Below the pieces are notes generated by a model. That model had not been told where the DNA came from, searched no databases, and saw nothing but the letters and a program-made list of their open reading frames with translations. From an uncultured Rickettsiales bacterium (GTDB lineage Bacteria; Pseudomonadota; Alphaproteobacteria; Rickettsiales; UBA1997), in NCBI GenBank assembly GCA_944391075.1, contig CALXSG010000002.1:27869-91868 (forward strand): DNA of 64,000 nucleotides, in the 5' to 3' direction. Of this stretch, positions 1 to 10,700 are shown in pieces. The stretch's first letter is position 1. Each line of letters opens with the position of its first letter. A program made the position numbers and the translations under genes.

Positions 1-371
1 TTTTACCTGAAAAACAAACTGATTTCATCTTTACGATGTATACTGAAGAAATGGGTTTTGTTGGTGGTTTTTATCTTGTATCTTTATATTTAATTGTAAT
101 AGCCATTATATTTTGGATTGCTTTTAAGTCAAAATATACATATGGTAGAATTATTGCCTCAGGCATGGGTTTTATAATATTCTTTCATGTATTTATTAAT
201 ATAGGTATGGTTATGGGAATATTGCCCGTTGTAGGTGTGCCATTACCTCTTATGTCTTACGGGGGAACAATTACAGTATCTACATTGTTAGCATTCGGTT
301 TTATAATGAATGCAGACCTATATAAAAATGAAGAATTAAAAACAAAACAAAACTTCATAATAAAATATTAA
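1..371 (+). CDS. rodA: SEDS-family peptidoglycan polymerase RodA, C-terminal part (5' end outside window)
   Basis: Frame 3 is open from nt 3 and reads LPEKQTDFIFT (PExxTDFIF motif) before the listed ORF. 'GILPVVGVPLPLMSYGGT' fits the RodA rather than the FtsW variant of the SEDS signature. Confidence 0.8.
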   Translation, partial: LPEKQTDFIFTMYTEEMGFVGGFYLVSLYLIVIAIIFWIAFKSKYTYGRIIASGMGFIIFFHVFINIGMVMGILPVVGVPLPLMSYGGTITVSTLLAFGFIMNADLYKNEELKTKQNFIIKY

Positions 372-390
372 AAAATATTTAAAAAAACTC

Positions 391-420
391 TTGATTTTTT
401 AATTGTGTAGTGTTTATAAT
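391..420 (+). promoter_or_regulatory. Putative sigma70-type promoter of tRNA-Arg
   Basis: TTGATT (391-396), 18 nt spacer, TATAAT (415-420); 13 nt upstream of the tRNA 5' end. Confidence 0.35.
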
Positions 421-433
421 TATTTTGTACAAA

Positions 434-510
434 GTGCCCTTAGCTCAGTTGGATAGAGCAACAGCCTTCTAAGCTGTGGGTCGTGAGTTCGAACCTCGCA
501 GGGCACACCA
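434..510 (+). tRNA. tRNA-Arg (anticodon UCU), CCA encoded
   Basis: Hand-folded cloverleaf: acceptor GTGCCCT/AGGGCAC, D arm GCTC..GAGC, anticodon stem ACAGC/GCTGT with loop CTTCTAA, T arm GTGAG-TTCGAAC-CTCGC, discriminator A plus CCA. Confidence 0.9.
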
Positions 511-572
511 TTCTTTAATTAATCATTGATTTTTAATCTTTATTCTTTATTATTTTTAAAAAAATAATATTA

Positions 573-1958
573 TTGTTTGTGAAAAAGTATTTAAATGTAT
601 TTATTTTTGGTTTATTATCAGGTCTAGCTTTTCCGCCGCTATATCTAATTATTTTTTTACCAATATCATTTTATTATTTATTAGAAAAAATAAATAATTC
701 ATCTTCATACAAAAATGCTTTTTTAAACGGGCTTATATTTGGCTTTGGTTATTTTTTATTACAATTTTATTGGATATGCTTTTCAATGATGGTTGATTTA
801 AAGTCATTTTTTTGGTTAATACCAATTACTATTTCTATGGTTCCACTTATTTGTTCATTATTTATATCTTGCTCTACATTATTATTATACTATTTTATCA
901 AAAAATTTAATATAAAAAATAAAATTATCATCACATTAATTTTTTCTATTTTATTTATATTTTTTGAATATTTAAGAAGTTTTATTTTTCCATGGAATTT
1001 ATTTGCATATATAGTTGGTTTTTCTAATACTTTAATGCAATTAGCATCAATTTTAAATATTTATATTTATGGAATTATTTTAATATTTTTATTATCTTTT
1101 TCATATGTATTTTTTAATTATCAAAATAAAAAAATAATATTTAATAAAGAATATAAAAAATATATTATTTTATATTTAGCTATTTTATTTTTTATAATTG
1201 GTTTTGGCGTTTTTAGATTAAATAATGCACAAGTAAAAAAATTTGATATTAATATAAAATTAATTCAAGCAAATATTAAACAAAATTTAAAATGGGACAA
1301 AAATGAAAAGGTAAATAATTTGCGAAAACATATTAATATGAGTAATAGTAAGAATGCAGAAATTATAATATGGTCAGAAAGTTCTATTCCATACATTCTT
1401 AATAAAGATTTTTATATTGATTTTCTAACAGATAAAATACTCGTAACAGGCGCTATAAGAGCAGAAATAAAAGATAAAAAAATTAATAAATTATGGAACA
1501 GTATTTTTGTATTTAATAACGGAAAAGTTAGTGATTATTATGATAAACAAGTACTAGTACCATTTGGTGAATATATACCATTTTCAAAATATTTACCATT
1601 TATTAAAAAAATAACAAATGGCGCAATAGATTTTTCAAGTGGAAATTCGAATAAAAATATAGTAATTAATAATATAAAATTTAACCCGATTATTTGTTAT
1701 GAAATAGTTTTTCCTAATTATGTAAAAAATAAAAATAAAAATGCAGATATAATATTAAATTTAACAAATGATGGTTGGTTTGGTATTTCAAGCGGCCCAT
1801 ATCAACATTTTGTAGCAACGCAATTTAGAGCTGTTGAAAACAAAACCCCCGTAATTAGAGTCTCAAACAGTGGTATTACTGCATATATTGATGAATATGG
1901 ACGAGTTGTTAAAAAATTAGATTTAGATACAGAAGGAGAAATTGAATTAAAAATATAA
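573..1958 (+). CDS. lnt: Apolipoprotein N-acyltransferase
   Basis: Polytopic N-terminus followed by a CN-hydrolase domain with the Lnt catalytic contexts 'IIIWSESS' (Glu) and 'PIICYEIVF' (Cys). TTG start as in the ORF track. Confidence 0.85.
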   Translation: MFVKKYLNVFIFGLLSGLAFPPLYLIIFLPISFYYLLEKINNSSSYKNAFLNGLIFGFGYFLLQFYWICFSMMVDLKSFFWLIPITISMVPLICSLFISCSTLLLYYFIKKFNIKNKIIITLIFSILFIFFEYLRSFIFPWNLFAYIVGFSNTLMQLASILNIYIYGIILIFLLSFSYVFFNYQNKKIIFNKEYKKYIILYLAILFFIIGFGVFRLNNAQVKKFDINIKLIQANIKQNLKWDKNEKVNNLRKHINMSNSKNAEIIIWSESSIPYILNKDFYIDFLTDKILVTGAIRAEIKDKKINKLWNSIFVFNNGKVSDYYDKQVLVPFGEYIPFSKYLPFIKKITNGAIDFSSGNSNKNIVINNIKFNPIICYEIVFPNYVKNKNKNADIILNLTNDGWFGISSGPYQHFVATQFRAVENKTPVIRVSNSGITAYIDEYGRVVKKLDLDTEGEIELKI

Positions 1959-1980
1959 TTAATTCATTTCTCTTTTTATA

Positions 1981-2757
1981 TTATTTTTTAGGCAATTTTG
2001 AAAATAAATAATTTACAATTGAAAAAGGTAATAATCTAGTAATTTTTAATAAAATATAAAATATTAAAGGAAAAGCAATCATTCCTTTATTTTTTGAGAT
2101 GCCTTTTATAATTTTTTTGCTAGCTTTTTCCGGAGACATTATAAGTGGCATTATAAATTTATTTTTATCAGTTAATGGCGTTTTAATAAAGCCCGGACAA
2201 ACAACAGAAACACCAACTCCGTGATATTTTAAATAACCTCTTAAACCTTCACCATAAGCAGTCATACAAGCTTTTGAACTTGAATAAGCAGGACAACTAG
2301 CCATACCAATAAAACTAGACATAGAAGATATAATGGCTATTTGACCACTTTTTCTTTTTATCATTTCTGATATAATTGGTTCTATTGTATTTAATACACC
2401 AAAAATATTTGTATTATAAATTTCATAAACCTGTTCATCAGGTTCAGTTCCGCCAAAAGTTCCCGCAGAAATACCTGCATTTGCTATTACTAAATCTAAA
2501 TTATTTTCTTTATTACAAGACAAAACCCACTCTTTCATAGCCTCTCTATCTCTAACATCAATAATTTTAGTAAAAACTTCTGCACCTTTTGCTTTGCATA
2601 AAGACATGGTTTCTTGTAATCTTTTTTCATTTCTTCCAGAAAGATATAAATTTACACCAGGTTCAGCATAATCTATGGCCATCTGTTTGCCAATACCACT
2701 AGATGCACCTGTAATTAAAATATTTTTATATTTTTTAATGGTCATTTTATTTTGCAT
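1981..2757 (-). CDS. Short-chain dehydrogenase/reductase (SDR) with hydrophobic C-terminal tail
   Basis: 'ITGASSGIG' cofactor motif, 'NAGIS', and 'YSSSKA' (YxxxK). The start overlaps the upstream LRR gene by 11 nt. Confidence 0.85.
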   Translation of the reverse strand: MQNKMTIKKYKNILITGASSGIGKQMAIDYAEPGVNLYLSGRNEKRLQETMSLCKAKGAEVFTKIIDVRDREAMKEWVLSCNKENNLDLVIANAGISAGTFGGTEPDEQVYEIYNTNIFGVLNTIEPIISEMIKRKSGQIAIISSMSSFIGMASCPAYSSSKACMTAYGEGLRGYLKYHGVGVSVVCPGFIKTPLTDKNKFIMPLIMSPEKASKKIIKGISKNKGMIAFPLIFYILLKITRLLPFSIVNYLFSKLPKK

Positions 2758-3214
2758 TATTATTTAATATTTCAGTAAGTCTTTCTTTAATCTTAGCCTT
2801 ATTTTTTACACCATTCCAATTAATATTAGCTTCAATAATATTGGGAGATATTTGTATAGCTTTTATAATTGCTAAGATGCCCATATCTCTAATTTTATTC
2901 CATGATAAATCTATAATTTTTAAACTCTTATTTTCCTTTATCATACTAGCAATAGCATAACCGCCTCTTTTTGTAATATGATTACCACTTAAATTTAAAT
3001 TTACTAAATTACTATTATCTTTAATTGCTTCAGTAATTACAATAACATCATCATCATTTAAATTATTGCTACCAAGATTTAGTGCCTCAATATGAGAATT
3101 ATTTCTAATCACGTCAGCAATATCATACAAATCTCTTCTACTAAGAGAAGAATTATATAAGTCCAATTCAATAAGTTTATTTTGTTTAGCTAATTGTAAA
3201 AGTTTTTTATCCAT
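2747..3214 (-). CDS. Ribonuclease-inhibitor-type leucine-rich repeat protein (eukaryote-like LRR)
   Basis: About four 28-residue repeats: 'HIEALNLGSNNLNDDDVIVITEAIKDNS / NLVNLNLSGNHITKRGGYAIASMIKENK / SLKIIDLSWNKIRDMGILAIIKAIQISP'. Starts 18 nt after the virB4 stop. Confidence 0.75.
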   Translation of the reverse strand: MDKKLLQLAKQNKLIELDLYNSSLSRRDLYDIADVIRNNSHIEALNLGSNNLNDDDVIVITEAIKDNSNLVNLNLSGNHITKRGGYAIASMIKENKSLKIIDLSWNKIRDMGILAIIKAIQISPNIIEANINWNGVKNKAKIKERLTEILNNNAK

Positions 3215-3232
3215 ACATCTTACCCTATAATT

Positions 3233-5755
3233 TTATTCATTTTTCATTATTTTATTAATATTATTATCGAAATTTCTAGCTTCTTCCCACTTTTGCTGAT
3301 TGATTTCATTTTCTCTCATTCTCTTAGCTTGTACTATTTTTTCATACTCTTCTAATATTTTTAAAAACATTGGTATCCATTCTTCTGGCTCATTAGTATT
3401 TGACACATCTTTGGCCTTTTTCATTGCATTAATAGCTACATTATCACTTACAAAAATGTCTTTATAATAACCAAAATTTGTTAAATCAATTGATGAAATA
3501 ATCACTTCTTTCTCATTTTTTAATAAAAAATTTCTATTTTCAACTTGCATTAAACTAAGAATTTTAGCCTCTTCATCTTCTATATTAAAAACCCTTCTTT
3601 CGTATGGTGTAATTTTAGGAGTTGCTAAATAAATTTTTGTAGCAAATAAATTAGAAATTGAAGAGGTTATATATGAATGATTCAATTCCATTTTATCATT
3701 AGTTGATAAAACTGCAATAATATTCTTATTATAGAATTCATTTAAATATTTAAAAAACAAAGGTGCTATTGAATCATTATCTATAACAGTCCATGCATTA
3801 TCTATAACTAATATAAATGGATTATTATCAGCAATTGAATTAATCATTAATAATATATATCTCATAATAGGAATAATTAATTCCTTATTTTTAATTATTG
3901 TCTTTAATGATACTCCGATAATTTTACTATTTAAATTAACATTTTCATTATGATTAAAAATAAAAGATAATTTTTCGTTATCGCGCCAATTTTTTAATTT
4001 AGTATAAATCAAACTAGTAGCATTATTTTTAAATAATTCTATAACAATATTAAGATTTCTATTTTCTTTTGGTAATTCAAATAATTTTTTTATTACTTGT
4101 GGTATATATTCATATTGACTCTTTAATTGAGTTAATTTCTTTCCCATTTCTATAAAACCATCATCCTGAAAGTCTACTAAATCAATAATAAAATCATTTA
4201 AAAACTTTTGATTTTCTGGTGTATCATCTAAATTAAATGGATTCATTTTAAATTGCTCATTAGCAGAAATATTTGGACTAATTCTGTAATATTGTCCATC
4301 CATGGCATTAATAAATACTTCCGAACTCCTCATTGTATCTATATAAAATATTTTAGGATTTATTTTAGATGTTTGAGATAATAGAAAATTCATTATACTT
4401 GTTTTTCCAGTACCATCAGGTCCAACTATTAATGTGTTTCCAGCAGTTTGATAGTGAAAATTAAAAAAGTATGGAGTATCTAAGGCGGTAGGAATAATAG
4501 TTATAGCATTACCCCAATAATTTTCTTTTAATTTTCCCGTTGGAAAATTAAATAATGAAATATATGTAGCAATTTTTGAAATTGGTAAGATATGAAATCT
4601 TTTTAAATATTGATAATTTCCTGGCAATTGTGACCAAAAAATAGTAGGTAAATATACATTTTCTTTAACTACAATTAACCCTATATTGTCTAATGCTTTA
4701 TAGAATTCTCGAATATTTAAAATTAAATCAGCTCTATTTTTATTAATTATCATAATAGAAACCTGGCTAATACAATATTCAGTATTATTAGGTCTATTAA
4801 CAAAACTAAATTCACTAAGTCCTGAAACATAAGCCAACTCACCATCATCACTTATTGATAATGTATCCACCTCTTTTTCAAATAATGACATGGCATATTT
4901 GGTATCAACGAATGTAGCAGTTTCAGTTACAACTAATTCAATTGGTAATTGCAAAATTTTGTCAAGTTGCCCTAATGTTAAGTCATTAAAAGCCTTTATT
5001 GTAAAAACAGATGCATATTTCTTTTCTCCGTCTTTATCAACTTCAATAATATCAGAACCATAAGTAATTTTTTTAGTTCTAATAATATCAGAAATACTAT
5101 CAAAAGTTATTGGAAAATTACCTTTATCAAGATTAATTAATAAAGAAAAAAAGTTCATATGCTCTGAATAAAAAGTTCCATCACTATTCTCTTGAATTGA
5201 TAAAATTCTTAAATCATAAGACATCATCTTTTCCATTATAAGATATGAAAACTTTTTCAAGATTTTAGTACATCTTTCAATTTCTTTGGTATATATGGTT
5301 TTAAGACCTAATTGAGTTAAAGATTTTAATATAAATACAGGACTTACTATATTTTCCTCTATATCTAAAGATATTGTAACAGTAATATAAATTTCATTAA
5401 CAAATTGATCATACCAATCGTTTTGATCATTCCATATTTGTTCAATAGCCTCACTAAAATAATTATGATTTAAACCTTTTGGTATAATATCAGCTTTTTC
5501 TCTAACTGTATTAAAATAAAATGACATATCTTGATTTTTAAAGTTTTTTGATAAGACTTCTCTTAAAACATCCCTGATTACAAATAAATCAGCTTTTGAT
5601 TTATTTGAAATAAAGCTGGGAATTTTAAAGGTCATTAACAAACAACCATTCTTTGTTAAAATTATTTGTTTATCAATATAACAAGCATACGGTATGAATT
5701 CCTCACTAGGAAACCATAATGTATTGTCATTATTTGATATTTTATTTTTTGCCAT
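3233..5755 (-). CDS. virB4: Type IV secretion ATPase VirB4 family, stand-alone copy
   Basis: 840 aa. VirB4-like N-domain ('FIPYACYIDKQIILTKNGCLLMTFKI'), Walker A 'GPDGTGKTS', and a Walker B-like 'ILVIDNAW' (DE replaced by DN). Confidence 0.85.
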   Translation of the reverse strand: MAKNKISNNDNTLWFPSEEFIPYACYIDKQIILTKNGCLLMTFKIPSFISNKSKADLFVIRDVLREVLSKNFKNQDMSFYFNTVREKADIIPKGLNHNYFSEAIEQIWNDQNDWYDQFVNEIYITVTISLDIEENIVSPVFILKSLTQLGLKTIYTKEIERCTKILKKFSYLIMEKMMSYDLRILSIQENSDGTFYSEHMNFFSLLINLDKGNFPITFDSISDIIRTKKITYGSDIIEVDKDGEKKYASVFTIKAFNDLTLGQLDKILQLPIELVVTETATFVDTKYAMSLFEKEVDTLSISDDGELAYVSGLSEFSFVNRPNNTEYCISQVSIMIINKNRADLILNIREFYKALDNIGLIVVKENVYLPTIFWSQLPGNYQYLKRFHILPISKIATYISLFNFPTGKLKENYWGNAITIIPTALDTPYFFNFHYQTAGNTLIVGPDGTGKTSIMNFLLSQTSKINPKIFYIDTMRSSEVFINAMDGQYYRISPNISANEQFKMNPFNLDDTPENQKFLNDFIIDLVDFQDDGFIEMGKKLTQLKSQYEYIPQVIKKLFELPKENRNLNIVIELFKNNATSLIYTKLKNWRDNEKLSFIFNHNENVNLNSKIIGVSLKTIIKNKELIIPIMRYILLMINSIADNNPFILVIDNAWTVIDNDSIAPLFFKYLNEFYNKNIIAVLSTNDKMELNHSYITSSISNLFATKIYLATPKITPYERRVFNIEDEEAKILSLMQVENRNFLLKNEKEVIISSIDLTNFGYYKDIFVSDNVAINAMKKAKDVSNTNEPEEWIPMFLKILEEYEKIVQAKRMRENEINQQKWEEARNFDNNINKIMKNE

Positions 5756-5848
5756 TTTATTTAAATAATTATATTTAAACTTGAAATTATTATTTTATAA
5801 TATAAATTTATAATATAAAAGATATTTAAGTAATCAACTTTTTTTTAT

Positions 5849-6112
5849 ATGATTGAATTAAATAATAGAGATCTTATTAAAGAAAAAAAGGCTATTTTAA
5901 TAAATGCATTAGATGAATTGAGTATGAATATATTAAATAAACTCAAATCAAAAAATGCTGAAATTAATAATATGCAAAATCATTCAATTCCAGATTTAGA
6001 TTACATTGCAAAATATAAAACTGAAAAAAATAAAGAGTTTGATAAATTAAAATCTGAATTGAATAATATAGTTGACGATATAGATAACATAATTAAGAAT
6101 ATAACAGAATGA
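5849..6112 (+). CDS. Small coiled-coil protein, DUF4164-like (ZapA-associated)
   Basis: 87-aa heptad-rich protein. ATGA overlap with the downstream zapA-like gene, the arrangement typical of alphaproteobacteria. Confidence 0.5.
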   Translation: MIELNNRDLIKEKKAILINALDELSMNILNKLKSKNAEINNMQNHSIPDLDYIAKYKTEKNKEFDKLKSELNNIVDDIDNIIKNITE

Positions 6113-6564
6113 CAAAATTAGATATAGCCGTAAGTTCCATAACACATTCACTAGAAATTAACGATGAAGAATTAGAAAGCTTCAAAAAAATAATTGCATC
6201 TCTAAATAAAAAAACTAATGAATTAGTTATGGAAACTGGAAAAATTAGTGATAGATTATTATTATTCATATTGATATTGATAAATATGAATAAAAAAGAA
6301 AAAATTTTTAACAATTTTGAAAAAAATATTATAGCATTACTAAAAAAAATTACTCCATTATTTAAAGGCGGAAATAATCTAGATACTCAATTGATATTAG
6401 CAGGTATTTTATCCGAAAACAAAACTGAAACATTACCAGAACCGCAATCAGTTGAAACAATCACAGAAAAACAAGACACAGAATTTGAAGAAGATACAAT
6501 TAAATTTTTAGACGAAGTTACAGAATTAATTACTAAATTATCAAACAATATTAAAGCTTTGTAA
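6109..6564 (+). CDS. zapA: Cell division protein ZapA-like
   Basis: N-terminal pattern 'LDIAVSSITHSLEINDEELESFKKIIASLNKKTNELVMETGKISDRLLLFILIL' follows the alphaproteobacterial ZapA consensus (V.I.G..Y.L.C...EE..L..LA..........G.I.D.RLL.M.AL). Confidence 0.6.
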   Translation: MTKLDIAVSSITHSLEINDEELESFKKIIASLNKKTNELVMETGKISDRLLLFILILINMNKKEKIFNNFEKNIIALLKKITPLFKGGNNLDTQLILAGILSENKTETLPEPQSVETITEKQDTEFEEDTIKFLDEVTELITKLSNNIKAL

Positions 6565-7095
6565 TTAGTTGTTTTTTCTTAATAAAACATATAAAGCACC
6601 ACTTCCGCCATCTTTAATATGTGCATCTGTATATTTTATTATTCTATTTGAAAAATAAGGTTCTTTAAACCATTGTACTATACTACTTTTTATAGTTGTA
6701 TTTTGAGAGTGTAAGCCTTTACCTGTAATAATTAAAAGGCATCTATAATTATTTAATTCTGCTTTTTCAAATAATAATTTAACCTTATTATATGCACTAT
6801 CAAGAGTTTCACCATGTAAATCTAATTTATAATCTATATTATATTTACCACTTGATAACTTTTTATCACTTTTTCTATCAATACCAAGAGTAGAATTTTT
6901 ATTTAGTATAAAATTATTTTCTTTATATTTTTTTTCATTAAATAAATGAAGATCTAAAATATTTTGTTTTTCTTTGACTTTTTTTAGTAAAGCTTTTGTA
7001 TCTTCATTAAAAGTTTTTTTATTTTCTTTTAATGTTTTTTTATAAGCCTCTTCAAATTCATTCAATAATTTTAAATCTTCATTTGATAATGACAT
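6565..7095 (-). CDS. Smr-domain protein
   Basis: C-terminal Smr domain 'LDLHGETLDSAYNKVKLLFEKAELNNYRCLLIITGKGLHS'. Its stop abuts the zapA stop with no spacer. Confidence 0.8.
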   Translation of the reverse strand: MSLSNEDLKLLNEFEEAYKKTLKENKKTFNEDTKALLKKVKEKQNILDLHLFNEKKYKENNFILNKNSTLGIDRKSDKKLSSGKYNIDYKLDLHGETLDSAYNKVKLLFEKAELNNYRCLLIITGKGLHSQNTTIKSSIVQWFKEPYFSNRIIKYTDAHIKDGGSGALYVLLRKNN

Positions 7096-7097
7096 TA

Positions 7098-7643
7098 TTA
7101 TTCCTTATTAAATTCGTACGCTAAGGCTAAATACATTTCTGCATCTTTTTTCATATATTCAATATCTTGTGGTCTTAATTTTCTCATAAATTTAGCCGGG
7201 TTACCAAACCATAGCTCACCGCTTCTAACAATACTACGTGGTGTTAAATTAGATGCTGCACCAATAAAAGCACCATCTTCTATTACACACTCATCACCAA
7301 TAACAGAACCCATACCAATTAAGCAATCATTACCAATTTGACAAGCATGAATAATACAAGAATGTCCTATTGTTGTATTTTTTCCTATAACAACATGTCC
7401 TGTTGGATCTTTTGTATAATCTTCTTCAATTGGTTGAGAAACATGAATTACCGTATTTTCTTGAACATTAGAATTATCACCAATAATGATACTTGCTAAA
7501 TCACCCCTAATACTACAATTTGACCATATACTAACATTTTCCCCTAACCTAACATCCCCTGCTATAAAAGCACCGTCAGCAATATAAGATGCCTTCTTAA
7601 TATCAGGTTCTTTATTTCTAAATTTTTTTATTATGTATGACAT
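7098..7643 (-). CDS. Gamma-carbonic-anhydrase-like hexapeptide-repeat protein (YrdA/PaaY family)
   Basis: Left-handed beta-helix hexapeptide repeats ('IAGDVRLGENVSIWSNCSIRGD', 'IGHSCIIHACQIGNDCLIGMGSVIGD') and the typical C-terminal helix. Confidence 0.85.
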   Translation of the reverse strand: MSYIIKKFRNKEPDIKKASYIADGAFIAGDVRLGENVSIWSNCSIRGDLASIIIGDNSNVQENTVIHVSQPIEEDYTKDPTGHVVIGKNTTIGHSCIIHACQIGNDCLIGMGSVIGDECVIEDGAFIGAASNLTPRSIVRSGELWFGNPAKFMRKLRPQDIEYMKKDAEMYLALAYEFNKE

Positions 7644-7705
7644 TATAATATTTTTAATTATTTTTTTTAAAAATACCTTTGTATACTAAAAAGTCAATAT
7701 ACAAG

Positions 7706-10700
7706 CTAAATAATTTCAACAGCCCAATTATCAATATTATCTTCTAAAATCATTTCATTAGTATACAACCATTCAGTCTCATCTTGAATTTCAACACTTC
7801 TTACTACACCATACCTATTTAAAATATTTAATGTATAATTTCTATTATATATTGTTTCTTCACCATCAACCCAATTATATATACCACGTCTTCTACATAC
7901 CCAACTAATTTTATAACCATCATTATTTTTAGTTATTTTAATATGTACAGGTTTTAATTCTTTTAAATTTTTACCTTCTATTTTCAGTGTTTTGTCCGTT
8001 GAATTTTCAAAAATATCTTTAAAAGTTATAATCTTAAAGTCGTAACTAATATTAACATCGGCATTTGTAAAAGTATTTGAAATAATATTTTCATTTAATA
8101 TAATGATTTTTTCATTATCTTCATGCGTTGAAATATATTCTTCTGTACCAAACTGCCCCCTTAATAATTGGCTAATTTTAAAACTACCATCACTTTGTAA
8201 TTCTATTTTTTTAAATTGTATAATTTCATTTCCAATTAAAGCCATATTAGCACCATCTAAAAAATCAAACATTTCAGCACTTTCCAATATTGATGTATCA
8301 ATATTTTTATTAAATGCTACATATAAAGAATTTTTATAATCAAAATAATAAGATCTTGCATCATTTAGTTTATTTAAGCAAAAACCAACAGTAGAATTAA
8401 ACCTATTTTCATTAATAACAGTAAAATTACTACTTCCTGTTTTTGCATAATAAACAGCACAGCCACCCCAACCATTTTCTTCACCATTTGTTGCAAAAAA
8501 TACTTCTGGAGTATCTAAATTTTTTATTGCAGGTAATTCAAATACTTCTACAATTGTTTTGCTTGTTGGCGTTATTAACGTAATATTATCAAAATTTTCT
8601 TCCTCTTTTTTAAAGCTATATAAAGAATTATCACATCTAACAGCCTTAACTTCTATTGTATTATCATCATTAACTAAAATATTAGCAATTCTTAAAATTA
8701 AATCCGTATTATTAACATTTAATGTTATAACATCACCAGCAGTTAAATATAAATATTTTGGTGGTAATTTAAAATGATAAATATTTTTTTCAAGCCAATT
8801 AGAATATAACAATTTATCCGCAATTTGTTTTGCTTTATATGCTGTAATTACAACAGGCAAACTAACTTCATCTTTTTTTTCACTATTTACAGAAACTCTT
8901 TCAGCATAGCTATTACTTATTTGATAATCTAAATCTTTATTAATATAACTTATATCTAATTTATATGGCAATTCGTCTTCGCCAATAATATCAGCTTCAA
9001 AATATTTTCCGTCTTCAATTTCAATTAACTCATCTTCAAAAATTTTTAGTACACTTTCATTTCGTTTAGAAAAAATATATAATTTTCCATCTTTTTCATA
9101 ATAATCAAAGAAAAAAACTTTTTGCAATATAGATAAAACTTCATTAACTGTTGTTTTACTATTCAAAGCAAGTCCATCGATACTATCATAAATATCTATA
9201 CCACCTAAATATTTTTTATCAATCTCTGCATCATCAAATAAATTATTAATCATATTTGAAAACATTAAATTACCCATTTTTCCATTTAGCCAATGCCCAT
9301 AATGCCATACACTACCATCACTCCATATATTTAATTGACTAGGAAAATATGGGTATGGTCTAGCATCCCAACACCATAAAAATTTTCTTTCCACCATGTG
9401 AGAATTAGCCCACACTTCTTGCGTTGCTTGAATAGCTTTTCTTTGTGCAAAATAATCTATTTTACCTTCAGAAAATCTAGGAAAACCACCGTCAATAGAT
9501 TCTGGATCGTAAAATTTATTAGGTTCATTAGTGGTTCCATCAACACTTGCAAAACCATACTCTGTAAACCATATTTTTTTACTTTGTGGAACCCATGCAG
9601 TTTGTTCTCCATTAGGGTTAACATGGTAGTTTTTCCACCACCAATCAATATTTTTCCACGCATATTTTGCTTCAACTTCTTCTTTTGTTGTTCTATTTTC
9701 ATCAGTATAAAGCCAATCATAACCCTCACCACTTGTCCAACCGTTTTTAATATCATCTTTTGTAATTAATTCTTCTTTTTTATCAGTTAGTGGAAAATAT
9801 GCATCAATACCAACAAAATCAATATTATCGCTAGCCCACAAAGTGTCCATATTATACCAACCACCATCAGTATGATGATATTCTGACCAATCAGCAGCAT
9901 AACCAATTTTCACATTTTCGCCAACAATATTTCTAACAGAATCAGCAAGATTTTTCAAACACTCAACAGCAGGATATACTCTTTTAGTAATATCATTTTC
10001 AATACTTTCAATATAAAGCTTAGTTAAATCTCTCATTTCACTGCCAATTATAAAAGCATCACAATAATCTTTCACTAAATTAGCATAATGCAAAATAAAA
10101 GCATTATAACCATTTGTTTTATTAAAGAAATTTTCTACATCACTAGCACTACCTGTTAAATAACCTCTCCATGGTTTATTTTCTAAATCCATAAAAATCA
10201 TTGGGTAAAACATAATACTAAACCCTTCATCTTTCAAATATTTTAAATATCTAACAATACTATTATCACTAACAGTTCCACCATATCTAATTTTCCCATT
10301 ATCACTAGAAATTAAATTAGCATTTTTTCTTTCTATACCTGCAACCTTCCATGGTTCAGGTTTAGTTTCCTGAGTTGGATATATTGGATCTAATTTAAAT
10401 TCAACTCTTGGTTCGACTTTACAATTAGCTATATTTAAAGAATCCCCAAACCACACAACAACTGGTGCAACCCATTTACAATTAGGTAGCTTTTCTTTTA
10501 ATTGTTGAGTTGCTACAATTACATCAGCAACCCCATTATTATTATTTTGATTTATTCTAGTAATAGAATCGCTAGGGTGCCATCTTTCATACCATATAAA
10601 ACCATCAACCTTACCAACAACCTCAGTATCATAAACAAATTCACCACAACCCGGAATAATATTCACACCCTCAATAACATTTTCCACTTCCTCTTCTTCA

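Noticed and set aside
6093-6314. 73-aa minus-strand ORF overlapping the DUF4164-like/zapA junction.
   Set aside because: It is antisense to two coupled plus-strand genes with recognisable ZapA features, and its sequence is Asn/Ile/Phe low-complexity.
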